Notes: a model not told the origin generated them from the sequence alone. Counted from the stretch's first letter, positions 1 through 10,020 are shown. The stretch: DNA of 51,784 bases from an uncultured Gammaproteobacteria bacterium (GCA_964478385.1 CAYZIE010000001.1:1-51784), one strand, 5' to 3'. A program made the numbers and translations.

Positions 1-776
1 TTAGTATTCAACCAGTAGAATTTGTTAAAATAGGTTTAATTATATTTTTAGCTAGATACTTTTCTCAACATGCTACTGAGTTCTTTTTATTTAAACATAT
101 TTTTATTTCAGGATTATTTACAGCTATTTTTGTTATCCTTGTTATATTACAAGGTGATTTAGGTTCTGCTTTAGTTATTCTAGGTATTTGGACTATAGTT
201 TTATTATTTACTGGTATTCAAAAAAAACATTTTTTAATATTATTATTTACATTTATTACTTTATCATTATTTTCTTGGTTTTTTATTCTAGCAGATTATC
301 AAAAAGCAAGAATTACAGCTTTTATTAATCCTGGTTCTGATCCAACCTTTACTGGTTATAATGTAATACAATCTACTGTAGCAGTAGGTTCTGGTCAATT
401 ATTTGGTAGGGGATTATCATTAGGATCTCAAAGTAGTTTAAGATTCTTACCTGAGCCAGGTACTGACTTTATTTTCGCTGTTATAGCTGAAGAACTTGGA
501 TTTATTGGAGTGCTCCTTTTAATTTCTTTATTTGTTTTTGTATTCTATAGATTATTTTTAACTATGAATAGGAGTAAAGATGATTTTGCTTCTTACATCA
601 TACTAGGAACTATATCTATGTTTTTAGTACAATTATATGTGAATATAGGTATGAATATGGGTATATCACCAATTACAGGTATTCCTTTACCATTAGTATC
701 TGCTGGTGGTAGTTCATTATGGTCTGTAATGATAATATTAGGTATAATTCAGAGTATTCATATACGTAATACATAA
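1..776 (+). CDS. SEDS-family peptidoglycan polymerase (FtsW/RodA type), C-terminal part; 5' end lies outside the window
   Basis: Frame 3 is open from the window edge to TAA at 774-776, and is missing from the ORF track only because it has no start. Translation contains QPVEFVK, PEPGTDFIFAVIAEELGFIG and PLPLVSAGGSS, typical SEDS motifs. Confidence 0.85.
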   Translation, partial: SIQPVEFVKIGLIIFLARYFSQHATEFFLFKHIFISGLFTAIFVILVILQGDLGSALVILGIWTIVLLFTGIQKKHFLILLFTFITLSLFSWFFILADYQKARITAFINPGSDPTFTGYNVIQSTVAVGSGQLFGRGLSLGSQSSLRFLPEPGTDFIFAVIAEELGFIGVLLLISLFVFVFYRLFLTMNRSKDDFASYIILGTISMFLVQLYVNIGMNMGISPITGIPLPLVSAGGSSLWSVMIILGIIQSIHIRNT

Positions 777-785
777 AGTAATCTC

Positions 786-814
786 TTGACTTTAAGTTAC
801 AATTATGATTAAAT
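786..814 (+). promoter_or_regulatory. Putative sigma70-type promoter for rplY (TTGACT-17-TTAAAT)
   Basis: TTGACT at 786-791, 17-nt spacer, TTAAAT at 809-814, 26 nt upstream of the ATG at 841. Confidence 0.4.
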
Positions 815-840
815 AGAGCAGTTATTTAAGTAATATATTT

Positions 841-1524
841 ATGAAATTTACACTAAAAGTAGAAAAAAGAGAGGTTGGTAAACATAGTTTATTAACTAAA
901 ACTAGAACTGAAGCAAAGGTTCCTGGTATTATTTATGGCTACAAACAAGATGGTCTATCTATTGAGATAGATTATAATGCTTTGCTTAATATATTAAAAC
1001 AAGCAGGTAAAAGTAATATTATATCTTTAGAACTAGATGGTAAGGAAATTAAAACTATAGTAAGAGAATATCAACAACATCCTGTTACTGATAAATTAAT
1101 TCATATTGATTTTATGGCTGTAAAAGATGACAAAGAGTTAACTACAGTTGTACCATTAGAATTTGTAGGTGTGTCTAAAGCAGTTAGAGAATTAGGTGCT
1201 AAATTAGATATTAAAAATAATAAGGTTAATGTTCAATGTTTGCCAGGAGATTTACCTTCTAAGATTGATGTTGATATTTCTATTTTAGAAGATGTTGGCA
1301 CAATTGTTACTATTAATCAATTAGATACTGGTGATAAGGTTAAAATATTAAATAATCCTAATGATCCTGTTATTGGTACAGTTATGCCTAGAAAATTAGA
1401 AATTATTGAAGAAGAACCTGAAGAAGAAACACCTGAGGGTGAAGAACCAGCTGAAGGTGAAGAAAAGAAAGAAGAAGGTGCTGAAGAGAAAAAAGAAGGT
1501 GCTGAAGAGAAAAAAGGAGAATAA
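841..1524 (+). CDS. rplY: 50S ribosomal protein L25/Ctc with Glu/Lys-rich C-terminal tail
   Basis: 227 aa. The N-terminal KVPGIIYG...LDGKE...HPV..K..HIDF pattern matches the L25/Ctc family. The tail is EEEPEEETPEGEEPAEGEEKKEEGAEEKKEGAEEKKGE. Confidence 0.85.
   Translation: MKFTLKVEKREVGKHSLLTKTRTEAKVPGIIYGYKQDGLSIEIDYNALLNILKQAGKSNIISLELDGKEIKTIVREYQQHPVTDKLIHIDFMAVKDDKELTTVVPLEFVGVSKAVRELGAKLDIKNNKVNVQCLPGDLPSKIDVDISILEDVGTIVTINQLDTGDKVKILNNPNDPVIGTVMPRKLEIIEEEPEEETPEGEEPAEGEEKKEEGAEEKKEGAEEKKGE
1474..1515 (+). repeat. Perfect 21-nt tandem duplication inside the L25 tail (encodes EGAEEKK x2)
   Basis: gaaggtgctgaagagaaaaaa at 1474-1494 is repeated exactly at 1495-1515. Confidence 0.9.
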
Positions 1525-1527
1525 TAG

Positions 1528-2529
1528 ATGATTTCGTCTAGAATTAAAATATATTTAATTATAACTGCTTTTTGTTTAGCAGTTATTTTACTTGCTTTAT
1601 ATTTTATACCTAAACAAGATAATAATATAATTATTGAAGAAGAGGTAAAACAAGAAGATATTTTAAGACATCCTTTAAATGGTAATATTATTGAAAGTAT
1701 AGATTTATTTCCTATTGTTATAGCTATAGACAATAGTTATGATATTTGGCCTCAGCATGGATTAAATAAAGCAGATATTGTTTATGAAGCTTTAGTAGAG
1801 GGGAATATAACTAGATTATTAGCTGTATTTGATAGTAATACAGAAATAGATAAGATAGGTCCTGTAAGATCTGCTCGTGGGTATTTTATGGATTGGGCAG
1901 AAGAATATAGTGGTATATATATGCATGTGGGTGGTAGCCCTCAAGCTTTAAGTGATGTTCATACCTATAATTTTATAGATATTAATCAAATAGGTGCAGG
2001 AGAAATATATTTTTGGAGAGATAATAAACTATATCCACCTCATAATGTATTTACATCTTCAGCTAATTATTTAAGAGCAGGAGAATTAAAAGAAGTAGAT
2101 AATATTACAACTAGTACTTTAAATTTTATAGATAAAGAAGTTAAAGATAATATTATTGAGAATATTAAAATTAATTTTTCTAATGAATATTATTTAGTAG
2201 AATGGGTGTATAATAATACATTAGATGTATACCAAAGATATCAAGGAGATGAAAAGTTTATTTATAATACAGGAGAACAAGTTATAGCTGATAATATAAT
2301 TATACAAATAGTTGATTCTTATTATATAGATCAAGAAAGAAGGGGGATGAGAACTAAACAAGGTGGTGAAGTATATATATTTAATTCCTTAGGCAAACAA
2401 GAAGGGGAATGGAAAATAGTAGATAATACTACAAGATATTATACTGAAGAAGGTGAAGAACTTAATTTAGTGCCTGGTAAAACCTGGATAGAGATTATAG
2501 ATAGTACTGAAAAATTAATAATTGAATAA
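1528..2529 (+). CDS. DUF3048 (YerB-like) membrane-anchored protein
   Basis: 333 aa with an N-terminal TM segment. PIVIAIDNSYDIWPQHGLNKADIVYEALVEGNITRLLAVF matches the DUF3048 N-terminal signature as I recall it. Confidence 0.65.
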   Translation: MISSRIKIYLIITAFCLAVILLALYFIPKQDNNIIIEEEVKQEDILRHPLNGNIIESIDLFPIVIAIDNSYDIWPQHGLNKADIVYEALVEGNITRLLAVFDSNTEIDKIGPVRSARGYFMDWAEEYSGIYMHVGGSPQALSDVHTYNFIDINQIGAGEIYFWRDNKLYPPHNVFTSSANYLRAGELKEVDNITTSTLNFIDKEVKDNIIENIKINFSNEYYLVEWVYNNTLDVYQRYQGDEKFIYNTGEQVIADNIIIQIVDSYYIDQERRGMRTKQGGEVYIFNSLGKQEGEWKIVDNTTRYYTEEGEELNLVPGKTWIEIIDSTEKLIIE

Positions 2530-2573
2530 AGAACCTATTTGTTTCTTTATTATTTTATGGTATAATATATTAT

Positions 2574-4277
2574 ATGTTTAATATGTATGAAAAAAATACT
2601 AAATTTCATTTAGGTGCTGTTGTTATAGTACTTTTAATTATAACTATAGCTTTGATTAATATTCAAACTAGAGCTCAGTGGATATCTCCTTCTGCTCCTC
2701 CTGGAGGAGAACAATTAGAAACCACTAATTTATTATTTAATCCATTGCAAGGTGATTTAGAGTTAAATAATTTTAAGATTTATCCTGGGCAAAGTCTTAC
2801 TAATGATCCTATTATAGACACTGCTTCTGATGCAGAATATGTTATATATGCAAAAGCTAGTAATGAAAATGATGATAGTATTGGTGTTTATGCTCAGGGT
2901 AATAAATATGGCATTTCTGCTAAGAGTAGTAATTATTCAGGGTATTTTGAGGGTAATGTAGAGATAGTTGGTGATTTAAATATACAAGGTAATTTATCAT
3001 CAACTGGAGATTCTGATTTTTTTGTTAATTTAGAAACATTAAATGTTTATGGTTCAGAAATAAATAGAGAAGAACAAGTTATATATCTTGATGCTGGCTG
3101 GAATAATGTTTCTTTTAATATTGATCCTTCTTCTGGTAATTGTGAAATGAATATAGAAGAAATGCTTTTACAAATATTTTATGATAGTGGTTTAATAGAT
3201 GATCTCAGTGATACATATGGACTATCAGAATACATTAGTATTGTGAAGGCAAGAAATTGGGTTTATATACCAGATAGTGAATATTCAATTAATGATTGGG
3301 AATGTGATAAAGGTTATAAATTTGGAATGTGGAAACCAGCTAAAATTACTATACAAGGAACTAAAATAGATACAGGAAAAATTATTAGTCTACCATCAGG
3401 GTGGTCGTGGATTCCATATCTTCCACAAATATCATTGCCAATTGAAGTAGCGTTAGTTGATATTATTAATGATATTACCATTGTTAAAACTAATAAAAAT
3501 GGTGAAGAGTATGGATGGAGTCCAGGGTGTAGTATTGGTTCAGAAAATTGTAATTTATTTAATATGGAACCAGGCCTTATGTATAGTATAGCTGTAGATA
3601 ATAATGTAGAGTTACAATATACCATTGATACATACTCCCTATCTGTTGGTGATGGTATTTCTACTTTCAGTAATGATGTTGATATATCTAATAGTTTGAA
3701 TGTTGGTGTTGGTGGTATTAATTCTGAAGGTGATATTTATAGTGATAATATATTTGTAAATGGTATATACAGTAATGGTGATATTCAAGTTTTATCATAT
3801 AATTTAGATGAATATGAAAATACTATTTATGGTGTATCACACGATAGTTCTTCTGGCCATTTATTAAAATTACAAAGTGCTGAATATGCTTATTCCGATG
3901 ATTATATACCTATATATAATTATTATGATAAGTTTACAGTAGATATATATGGTAATACTACAATGCAGGGAGACTTAGAATTACATGGTAAAACAACAGG
4001 GTTACAATTGGATGTTATAGGTGTTGATGGTAATCTAGTAGTTTGTAATGAAGAAAATCTTGGTTCAATCATTGTTAAAGAATATATAAACAATCCGACT
4101 TTTAATACTACAGGAATGAAATTACAAATTTGTATGAAAAAATTTAGTGTTAATTATGGTATTCCACCAACAATATGTTCTTCTGAAACAGTGTATTCTT
4201 GGGAAATAATTACAGAATATATGGGAAGTAGTAATTATGAAAACTGTAATCCTGAAGGTGTTCTACCTAATGAATAA
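2574..4277 (+). CDS. Large secreted/surface protein of unknown function with N-terminal signal anchor
   Basis: 567 aa. Hydrophobic segment LGAVVIVLLIITIALINI, Gly/Asn/Asp-rich repetitive segments at both ends, and several Cys in the C-terminal part. No family recognised. Confidence 0.6.
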   Translation: MFNMYEKNTKFHLGAVVIVLLIITIALINIQTRAQWISPSAPPGGEQLETTNLLFNPLQGDLELNNFKIYPGQSLTNDPIIDTASDAEYVIYAKASNENDDSIGVYAQGNKYGISAKSSNYSGYFEGNVEIVGDLNIQGNLSSTGDSDFFVNLETLNVYGSEINREEQVIYLDAGWNNVSFNIDPSSGNCEMNIEEMLLQIFYDSGLIDDLSDTYGLSEYISIVKARNWVYIPDSEYSINDWECDKGYKFGMWKPAKITIQGTKIDTGKIISLPSGWSWIPYLPQISLPIEVALVDIINDITIVKTNKNGEEYGWSPGCSIGSENCNLFNMEPGLMYSIAVDNNVELQYTIDTYSLSVGDGISTFSNDVDISNSLNVGVGGINSEGDIYSDNIFVNGIYSNGDIQVLSYNLDEYENTIYGVSHDSSSGHLLKLQSAEYAYSDDYIPIYNYYDKFTVDIYGNTTMQGDLELHGKTTGLQLDVIGVDGNLVVCNEENLGSIIVKEYINNPTFNTTGMKLQICMKKFSVNYGIPPTICSSETVYSWEIITEYMGSSNYENCNPEGVLPNE

Positions 4278-4285
4278 TAAATTTT

Positions 4286-4309
4286 AAAAGAGTCAGTAAT
4301 GACTCTTTT
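4286..4309. terminator. Bidirectional intrinsic terminator between convergent genes
   Basis: AAAAGAGTCA (4286-4295), loop gtaa, TGACTCTTTT (4300-4309). A/T runs lie on both sides. Confidence 0.7.
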
Positions 4310-5137
4310 TTATTTTATTTCTACTACTCGTATATTGTTTTGTAAATTTTTATGAAATTGTATTTTACTTTTAGGTAAATATTTTTGTATTATTTCTTTT
4401 ATTTTATCTTTTTGTTTAGGATCTATTTCTAAGAGTATTAAGTATTTTTCTTTAATATAGTTATTTATTTGTTTTAGTAGTTTAGTATAGTATTCTAATC
4501 CATCTTTATTTCCTAAAAGAGCTGTTTTGGGTTCTTTTTGTATACTATATTCTTTCATCTGTTCTTTTGTAAGATAAGGGAGATTAGATACTATAATATC
4601 AAATTTAATATTTTTTATATTATTTAATAAATTAGATTGTATAAAAGTAATATTATTTTTAAGTTTTAGTTTTCTTGCATTTGTTTTAGCTACTTTTAAT
4701 GCTTTATTTGATATATCTGTAGCATAGTAATTAGCTTTAGTATAGTTTTTAGCTATAGATAATATTAAACATCCTGTACCTGTGCCTATGTCTATAATAT
4801 TAGGGTTATTTAAATTATTATTTTTAAGATAATTTAAGGTAATGTCAACTAGTAATTCACTATCTGGTCTAGGTATTAATGTATGAGAATTAACTAAGAA
4901 TTTTTGGTTATAGAATTCTTTTTCTTTAATAATATGTGCAAAAGAATAGTTTTCTAATCTTTTTCTTGTATACTTATTAAATGTTTGAATATTAGATCTA
5001 TTTAATTTCTTTTCTGGATTTTTATATATATATTCTATTTTCTTATGTAATGCTAAAGCAAGTAGTTTATCTACTTCTGTATTATCTATACTAAGTTTTT
5101 TAGAATAGGTTTTGGTTAAAATCTCTTGTATAGTCAT
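4310..5137 (-). CDS. prmC: Release-factor glutamine N5-methyltransferase PrmC/HemK
   Basis: 275 aa. SAM motif IIDIGTGTGC, catalytic motif present as NLPY (variant of NPPY), and a 1-nt overlap (TAATG) with prfA upstream. Confidence 0.85.
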   Translation of the reverse strand: MTIQEILTKTYSKKLSIDNTEVDKLLALALHKKIEYIYKNPEKKLNRSNIQTFNKYTRKRLENYSFAHIIKEKEFYNQKFLVNSHTLIPRPDSELLVDITLNYLKNNNLNNPNIIDIGTGTGCLILSIAKNYTKANYYATDISNKALKVAKTNARKLKLKNNITFIQSNLLNNIKNIKFDIIVSNLPYLTKEQMKEYSIQKEPKTALLGNKDGLEYYTKLLKQINNYIKEKYLILLEIDPKQKDKIKEIIQKYLPKSKIQFHKNLQNNIRVVEIK

Positions 5138-6195
5138 TACTCTTTACTTTGTTTTTTTAACTCTTTTTCTAATTCTGTAATCAATGGTAATAATTCACCA
5201 TCCATTATCTTAGGCAAACCATGTAAACTTAATTTTATTCTATGATCAGTTATTCTATCTTGAGGATAATTGTATGTTCTAATTTTTTCACTTCTATCTC
5301 CTGTGCCTATTTGAGTTTTTCTTTCTTCTGCTAATTCTTTATGTTTTTCTTCTTCCATTTTAGCTAATACTCTAGATCTAAGTATTTGCACAGCTTTTAA
5401 CTTATTCTGTCCTTGTGATTTTTCATCTTGGCAAGATACAACTATATTAGTTGGTAAATGAGTTATTCTAACAGCAGAATATGTAGTATTAACTGATTGT
5501 CCTCCATGACCTGAAGCACAGAAAGTATCTATTCTTAAATCTTTATTATCTATTTCTAAATCTATTTCTTCTGCTTCTGGCATTACTGCTACACTAGCCG
5601 CTGAAGTATGTACTCTACCTGATTTTTCTGTTTCTGGTACTCTTTGTACTCTATGTACGCCACTTTCAAATTTAAAATACTTATATACATTTTCTCCTGT
5701 TACTTCAGCAATTATTTCTTTAAATCCACCTATTTCTGTTTTATTACTAGACAATATATTTATTTTAAAGTTCATAGTTTCTGCAAATCTTGAGTACATT
5801 CTGAATAGATTAGCTGCAAATAGAGCAGATTCTTCACCACCTGTACCAGCTCGTATTTCTAAGATTATATCTTTACTATCATTAGGATCTTGAGGATGAA
5901 GTATTTCTTCTAGCTTATTTTCATCTTCTTTTATTTTATCTTCTAAAACTTGTATTTCTTCATTTGTTAATACAATCATTTCTTGATCTTGTTCTTGTGC
6001 TAATGAAGCTTTTAATTTATTACTTTCTTCTGTATTTTTTTCTATATCTTCTACTAATTCTAGAGTATCTTTAGCAATATTATATTCCTTACTAATTTTA
6101 CTCATTTTTTTACTATTAGAAACAGTATCTGGATTTTGCATTTCTTTTTCCAGACTTTGTATTTTTTCTTTTAATTTTTCTTTTTCTTTTTTCAT
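5137..6195 (-). CDS. prfA: Peptide chain release factor 1
   Basis: 352 aa. GGQ motif (SGHGGQSVNTT) and RF1-type PxT tripeptide (RVQRVPETE). Confidence 0.93.
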   Translation of the reverse strand: MKKEKEKLKEKIQSLEKEMQNPDTVSNSKKMSKISKEYNIAKDTLELVEDIEKNTEESNKLKASLAQEQDQEMIVLTNEEIQVLEDKIKEDENKLEEILHPQDPNDSKDIILEIRAGTGGEESALFAANLFRMYSRFAETMNFKINILSSNKTEIGGFKEIIAEVTGENVYKYFKFESGVHRVQRVPETEKSGRVHTSAASVAVMPEAEEIDLEIDNKDLRIDTFCASGHGGQSVNTTYSAVRITHLPTNIVVSCQDEKSQGQNKLKAVQILRSRVLAKMEEEKHKELAEERKTQIGTGDRSEKIRTYNYPQDRITDHRIKLSLHGLPKIMDGELLPLITELEKELKKQSKE

Positions 6196-6210
6196 ATATT
6201 TGTATATAAA

Positions 6211-6236
6211 AAAACTCTTTTAATACAAAGAGTTTT
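6211..6236 (-). terminator. Hairpin between rpmE and prfA (terminator/attenuator)
   Basis: AAAACTCTTT (6211-6220), loop taatac, AAAGAGTTTT (6227-6236). A U-run follows on the minus strand. Confidence 0.5.
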
Positions 6237-6249
6237 TAAATTAGTTTAG

Positions 6250-6579
6250 TTATTTTTTAGCTTTAGCGTCAGCTTCTTTAATTTCTTTCTTTATTTTCTC
6301 TTTTTCTTTTTCTAGTTTTCTTTGAGCAGCCCTTTTCTTTTTAACAGCTTTACCTTTTCTAGTTTTACTAGCTTTTTCTTTTAACTCTTTAATCTTTTTA
6401 AATCTATCTACACGACCAGCAGTATCAATTAATTTTTCTTTTCCTGTATAAAAAGGGTGACAAGCTGAACATATTTCAGTGTCTATTTTTTCAACAGTAG
6501 ATCCTACTGTAAATGTATTACCACAAGCACATTTTACAGTAGCTTCTGGGTGGTATTTTGGATGTATTTTTTTCTTCAT
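6250..6579 (-). CDS. rpmE: 50S ribosomal protein L31 with about 40-aa Lys-rich C-terminal extension
   Basis: [23 protein letters not shown]...[11 protein letters not shown] is the L31 core with CxxC-type cysteines. The tail is [35 protein letters not shown]. Confidence 0.9.
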   Translation of the reverse strand: MKKKIHPKYHPEATVKCACGNTFTVGSTVEKIDTEICSACHPFYTGKEKLIDTAGRVDRFKKIKELKEKASKTRKGKAVKKKRAAQRKLEKEKEKIKKEIKEADAKAKK

Positions 6580-6789
6580 AATTATTTTTTACCCTGAAAC
6601 AATAGCAAAAAAAGTATAATAAGTCAATAGTGGTGTATATAACTTGATTAAAATTAAATATTATGTTAGAGTATTCTTGTTTTTAATTAATATAAATCAA
6701 GTATTTTACTAGAGTGTAGTCTTTTCCTTGCCAATTATTGGTCAAAAAGGCTTAAAACATATTAAAATACGGGTTAGAAAGGAAAAAAT

Positions 6790-7491
6790 ATGAATATTCC
6801 AAGTTTAGAAGAATTATTAAAAAGTGGGGTACATTTTGGTCATAAAACAGCTAAAAGATATCCTAAAGCAGAAAAATACATACATACACAAAGAGGTGGT
6901 GTACATGTAATTGATCTACAAAAAACAGTTCAATCTTTAGAAAAAACTCTACCTTTTATTGAAAAAATTACCAAATCAGGTGGTAATATTTTGTTTATAG
7001 GTTCTAAAAAACAAGCTAAATCAATAGTTAAAGATGCTGCAGATAGTTGTGGTATGCCATACATTATTGGTCGTTGGTTAGGTGGAACGTTTACTAATTT
7101 TAGTAATATAGTTAAGTTAACTCAGAAATTAGAAAAATTAGACAAAGAAGAACAAGAAGGTGGTTGGGAAATGTATACTAAAAAAGAACAAGTTACCTTT
7201 AGAAAAGAGCTTAATAAACTACAAGATACAGTAGGTGGTATTAAGAATATGAAGAAATTACCTCAAGCTGTATTTGTAGTAGATATTAAAAAAGAAAGTA
7301 CAGCTGTTAGTGAAGCTAATAAAATGAACATCCCTGTTATAGCTATGACAGATACAAATGTTAATCCTGAATTAGTAGAGTATAGTATACCTGCTAATGA
7401 TGATGCTATTAAGTCCATAAAAATAATTACAGATTTAATTGCTAAAACTATTTCTGAAGCTAAGTCTTCAGTTATTAAAACTAATAATTAA
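6790..7491 (+). CDS. rpsB: 30S ribosomal protein S2
   Basis: LLKSGVHFGHKTAKRYPK...GGVHVIDLQKT signature. 233 aa. Confidence 0.95.
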   Translation: MNIPSLEELLKSGVHFGHKTAKRYPKAEKYIHTQRGGVHVIDLQKTVQSLEKTLPFIEKITKSGGNILFIGSKKQAKSIVKDAADSCGMPYIIGRWLGGTFTNFSNIVKLTQKLEKLDKEEQEGGWEMYTKKEQVTFRKELNKLQDTVGGIKNMKKLPQAVFVVDIKKESTAVSEANKMNIPVIAMTDTNVNPELVEYSIPANDDAIKSIKIITDLIAKTISEAKSSVIKTNN

Positions 7492-7503
7492 AATATAAAT
7501 AAA

Positions 7504-8277
7504 ATGTCTTTAGAGGTTATAAAAAAAGTTAGACAAATCACTGGAGCTGGTATTGGTGATGTTAAAAAAGCTTTAGATGAAGCTCAGGGTGATGAAGAAA
7601 AAGCTATTGAAATATTACGTAAAGCAGGTACTAAGATAGCTGCTAAGAAATCAGATAGAGATACTAGTGAAGGTTGTATAGCTATTTTAGAAGAAGATAA
7701 TAAAGTAGGTGTAGTAGAATTAAAGTGTGAAACTGATTTTGTAGCTCGTAATGAAGATTATATTCAAGCTGTTGATGATTTAACTAAAAAATTATTAGAA
7801 GTAGGAGAAGAAGAATTTAAATCATGGTCTGATGATAAGATAAAAAATGATTTAATTGTTAAAATAGGGGAGAATTTACAATTAGGTAAGTTTAATATTA
7901 TTGAAGGTAAAACTATAGGTATATATCTTCATTCTAATAGAAAAGTAGCTTCTGTTGTTGTTTTAGAAAAGGGTAGTGAAGAATTAGCTAAAGATATTGC
8001 TATGCATATATCTGCTATGGCACCTAAGTATTTAAAACCAGAAGAAGTTCCTGAAGAAGAAATAGCTAAAGAAAAAGAAATATATACAGAACAATTAAAA
8101 AAAGAAGGTAAACCCGATGAGGTTATTGAAAAGATATTAGGTGGTAAAATTGATAAATACTATACTGAAGTATGTTTATTAAAACAACCATTTGTTAAAG
8201 ATGATAAACAAAGCATTGAACAGTTATTAGAAAGTAACGATGGTAGTATAAAAGAATTTAAATATTATTCACTTTAA
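7504..8277 (+). CDS. tsf: Translation elongation factor Ts
   Basis: N-terminal UBA-like VRQITGAGIGDVKKALDEAQGDEEKAIEILRKAG. Conserved rpsB-tsf order. Confidence 0.93.
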   Translation: MSLEVIKKVRQITGAGIGDVKKALDEAQGDEEKAIEILRKAGTKIAAKKSDRDTSEGCIAILEEDNKVGVVELKCETDFVARNEDYIQAVDDLTKKLLEVGEEEFKSWSDDKIKNDLIVKIGENLQLGKFNIIEGKTIGIYLHSNRKVASVVVLEKGSEELAKDIAMHISAMAPKYLKPEEVPEEEIAKEKEIYTEQLKKEGKPDEVIEKILGGKIDKYYTEVCLLKQPFVKDDKQSIEQLLESNDGSIKEFKYYSL

Positions 8278-8284
8278 GATATTA

Positions 8285-8311
8285 AACAGCTATACTACAT
8301 AGCTGTTTTTT
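8285..8311 (+). terminator. Intrinsic terminator after tsf
   Basis: AACAGCTAT (8285-8293), loop actac, ATAGCTGTT (8299-8307), then TTTT. Confidence 0.7.
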
Positions 8312-8364
8312 ATTTCTTGCTAATTTTGTATTATTTTGGCATACTTATGTAGTAAATAAAATAT

Positions 8365-9066
8365 ATGGAAAAAAGAATATTATTAAAATTATCTGGACAA
8401 GTTTTAGAATCTGGTGATCAAGAAGCTAATTTAGATTTTGCTAAAATTGAAAAATTAGCTATTAATTTAAAAAAGATAAGTAAAGCTAAATGTCAATTAG
8501 GTATAGTTGTTGGTGCTGGTAATATATTTAGAGCTCGTATGGTTAAGGGTATGGAAATAGATAGAGTAGCGGCAGATCATATGGGCATGATGGCTACAAT
8601 TATTAATGCATTAGCATTACAATCTGTTTTAGAAAAGATGGGTCAAGAAGCTAGGGTATTATCTTCTTTTTCTTTACCTAGTGTAACTGAAGACTATTCA
8701 TATACAAATGCAATTAATCATTTAGAGAATAATAGAATAGTTATATTCGCAGGTGGTACTGGTAATCCATATTTTACTACTGATACCACTGCTATACTCA
8801 GAGCTTTGGAAATAAAAGCATCAAGAGTATTAAAAGCTACTCAGGTTGATGGAGTATATAGTGATGATCCTAAGAAAGATAAAAATGCTAAATTATATAA
8901 AACATTAAGTTATGATGAAGCTTTAGAAAAAGATTTACAAATAATGGATTCTACTGCTTTTGCTTTAGCGCAAGATAATAATTTACCATTATCTGTATTT
9001 AAATATAGTCCTGAAAATATAGTTAAAGCTGCTTTAAAGAATAATATTGGTACAAAAGTTAAATGA
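8365..9066 (+). CDS. pyrH: UMP kinase
   Basis: ILLKLSGQVL, VVGAGNIFRA and MGMMATIINALAL motifs. The TGA stop overlaps the next ATG (ATGA). Confidence 0.93.
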   Translation: MEKRILLKLSGQVLESGDQEANLDFAKIEKLAINLKKISKAKCQLGIVVGAGNIFRARMVKGMEIDRVAADHMGMMATIINALALQSVLEKMGQEARVLSSFSLPSVTEDYSYTNAINHLENNRIVIFAGGTGNPYFTTDTTAILRALEIKASRVLKATQVDGVYSDDPKKDKNAKLYKTLSYDEALEKDLQIMDSTAFALAQDNNLPLSVFKYSPENIVKAALKNNIGTKVK

Positions 9067-9944
9067 AGGTAGTTAAAGTACAATTTCATAAAGCAGATAA
9101 ACCTTACTTTTTTTTACCAGAGTTTAAACAAAGTAAAGAAGAAGTAAAAGTAGGTGATATAGTTTTAGTTGAAACAATACTTGGTCAAGATTTAGGTAAG
9201 ATTATAACATTAGCTGATTTTCAAGAAGATAAGAAAGAAGAAAATAAAAGTGGTACTATACCTCAAGCTAAAACCAGTGATATTAAACCACTTTTAAGGA
9301 AAGCTAATGAAAAAGACTTGAAACAATTAGCGGAAATTAGTGAAAAATATTCAGAGTATTTAAAGGAGTGTAAAAATTTATCTAAACAACATGATTTAGA
9401 TAATATGAAATTAATAGATGTTTCTGAATCTATTGATCAACAAAGACTTACTTTTTACTTTACTGCTTCTTCTCGTATAGATTTTAGAGAATTAGTTAGA
9501 GATTTAGCTAAAAAGTTTAACAGAAAGATTAGATTACAACAAATAGGTGTAAGAGATGAAGCTAAATGCTTAGGTGATTCTGGTCCTTGTGGATTACAAT
9601 TATGTTGTAAATCTTGGTTAAGTACTTTGGGAAATGTTAGTCCTGAATATATTAAAGATCAAGAATTAATACATAGGGGTGCAGATAGATTAACTGGAGT
9701 ATGCGGTAGATTAAAGTGTTGTTTACGATATGAAGAAGAAACATATAAATATTATTTAGGTAAATTACCAAAGGAAGGAGATGTAATTAAAACAAAAGCA
9801 GGTAAGGGTAGGGTAATTAGCATTAAAGCTTTAAAACATATAGTTAAATTAGATATTAATGGAACTGTTGTTGAATATCCTTTTTTAGAGGGGAATATAA
9901 AAGAAGAGTGTAAAGAATGTAATGGTAAATGTGGTTGTAAATAA
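9063..9944 (+). CDS. PSP1 domain protein (YaaT/RicT-like), Cys-rich C terminus
   Basis: 293 aa. RKIRLQQIGVRDEAK..GPCG..LCC...CGRLKCCL is the PSP1 C-terminal signature. The tail is CKECNGKCGCK. Confidence 0.75.
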   Translation: MKVVKVQFHKADKPYFFLPEFKQSKEEVKVGDIVLVETILGQDLGKIITLADFQEDKKEENKSGTIPQAKTSDIKPLLRKANEKDLKQLAEISEKYSEYLKECKNLSKQHDLDNMKLIDVSESIDQQRLTFYFTASSRIDFRELVRDLAKKFNRKIRLQQIGVRDEAKCLGDSGPCGLQLCCKSWLSTLGNVSPEYIKDQELIHRGADRLTGVCGRLKCCLRYEEETYKYYLGKLPKEGDVIKTKAGKGRVISIKALKHIVKLDINGTVVEYPFLEGNIKEECKECNGKCGCK

Positions 9945-9947
9945 TAA

Positions 9948-9975
9948 AACTGATTAATATTTAATTAGTTTTTTG
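9948..9975 (+). terminator. Intrinsic terminator after the PSP1 gene
   Basis: AACTGATTAA (9948-9957) pairs with TTAATTAGTT (9961-9970) with one G-U pair. A T-run follows. Confidence 0.55.
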
Positions 9976-9987
9976 TTTTTATTAATA

Positions 9988-10020
9988 TTGACAATATAAT
10001 TACACTATAGTAGTGTAATT
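9988..10020 (+). promoter_or_regulatory. TTGACA promoter overlapped by a perfect 10-bp inverted repeat (candidate operator)
   Basis: TTGACA at 9988-9993, 17-nt spacer, TAGTGT at 10011-10016. AATTACACTA (9998-10007), tag, TAGTGTAATT (10011-10020) form a perfect inverted repeat. Confidence 0.5.

Noticed and set aside
1317-1733. Antisense or embedded ORFs from the six-frame track. They are 1317-1733, 3314-3625, 10627-10875, 19279-19509, 19867-20067, 20080-20331, 22461-22709, 22996-23196, 23139-23399, 32314-32508, 33569-33790, 37945-38172, 38571-38759, 43499-43702, 45802-45984, 48223-48441 and 51284-51472.
   Set aside because: Each lies inside or against a well-supported gene on the other strand or in another frame. 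Each encodes low-complexity Ile/Leu/Phe/Ser-rich sequence and lacks start signals.
9063-9066. Possibility of an alternative genetic code with UGA recoded, as in some candidate phyla.
   Set aside because: TGA terminates well-conserved proteins at their expected lengths at ATGA junctions (pyrH at 9064-9066, the methyltransferase at 15865-15867, and the HAD hydrolase at 50321-50323). No conserved gene is interrupted under the standard code.
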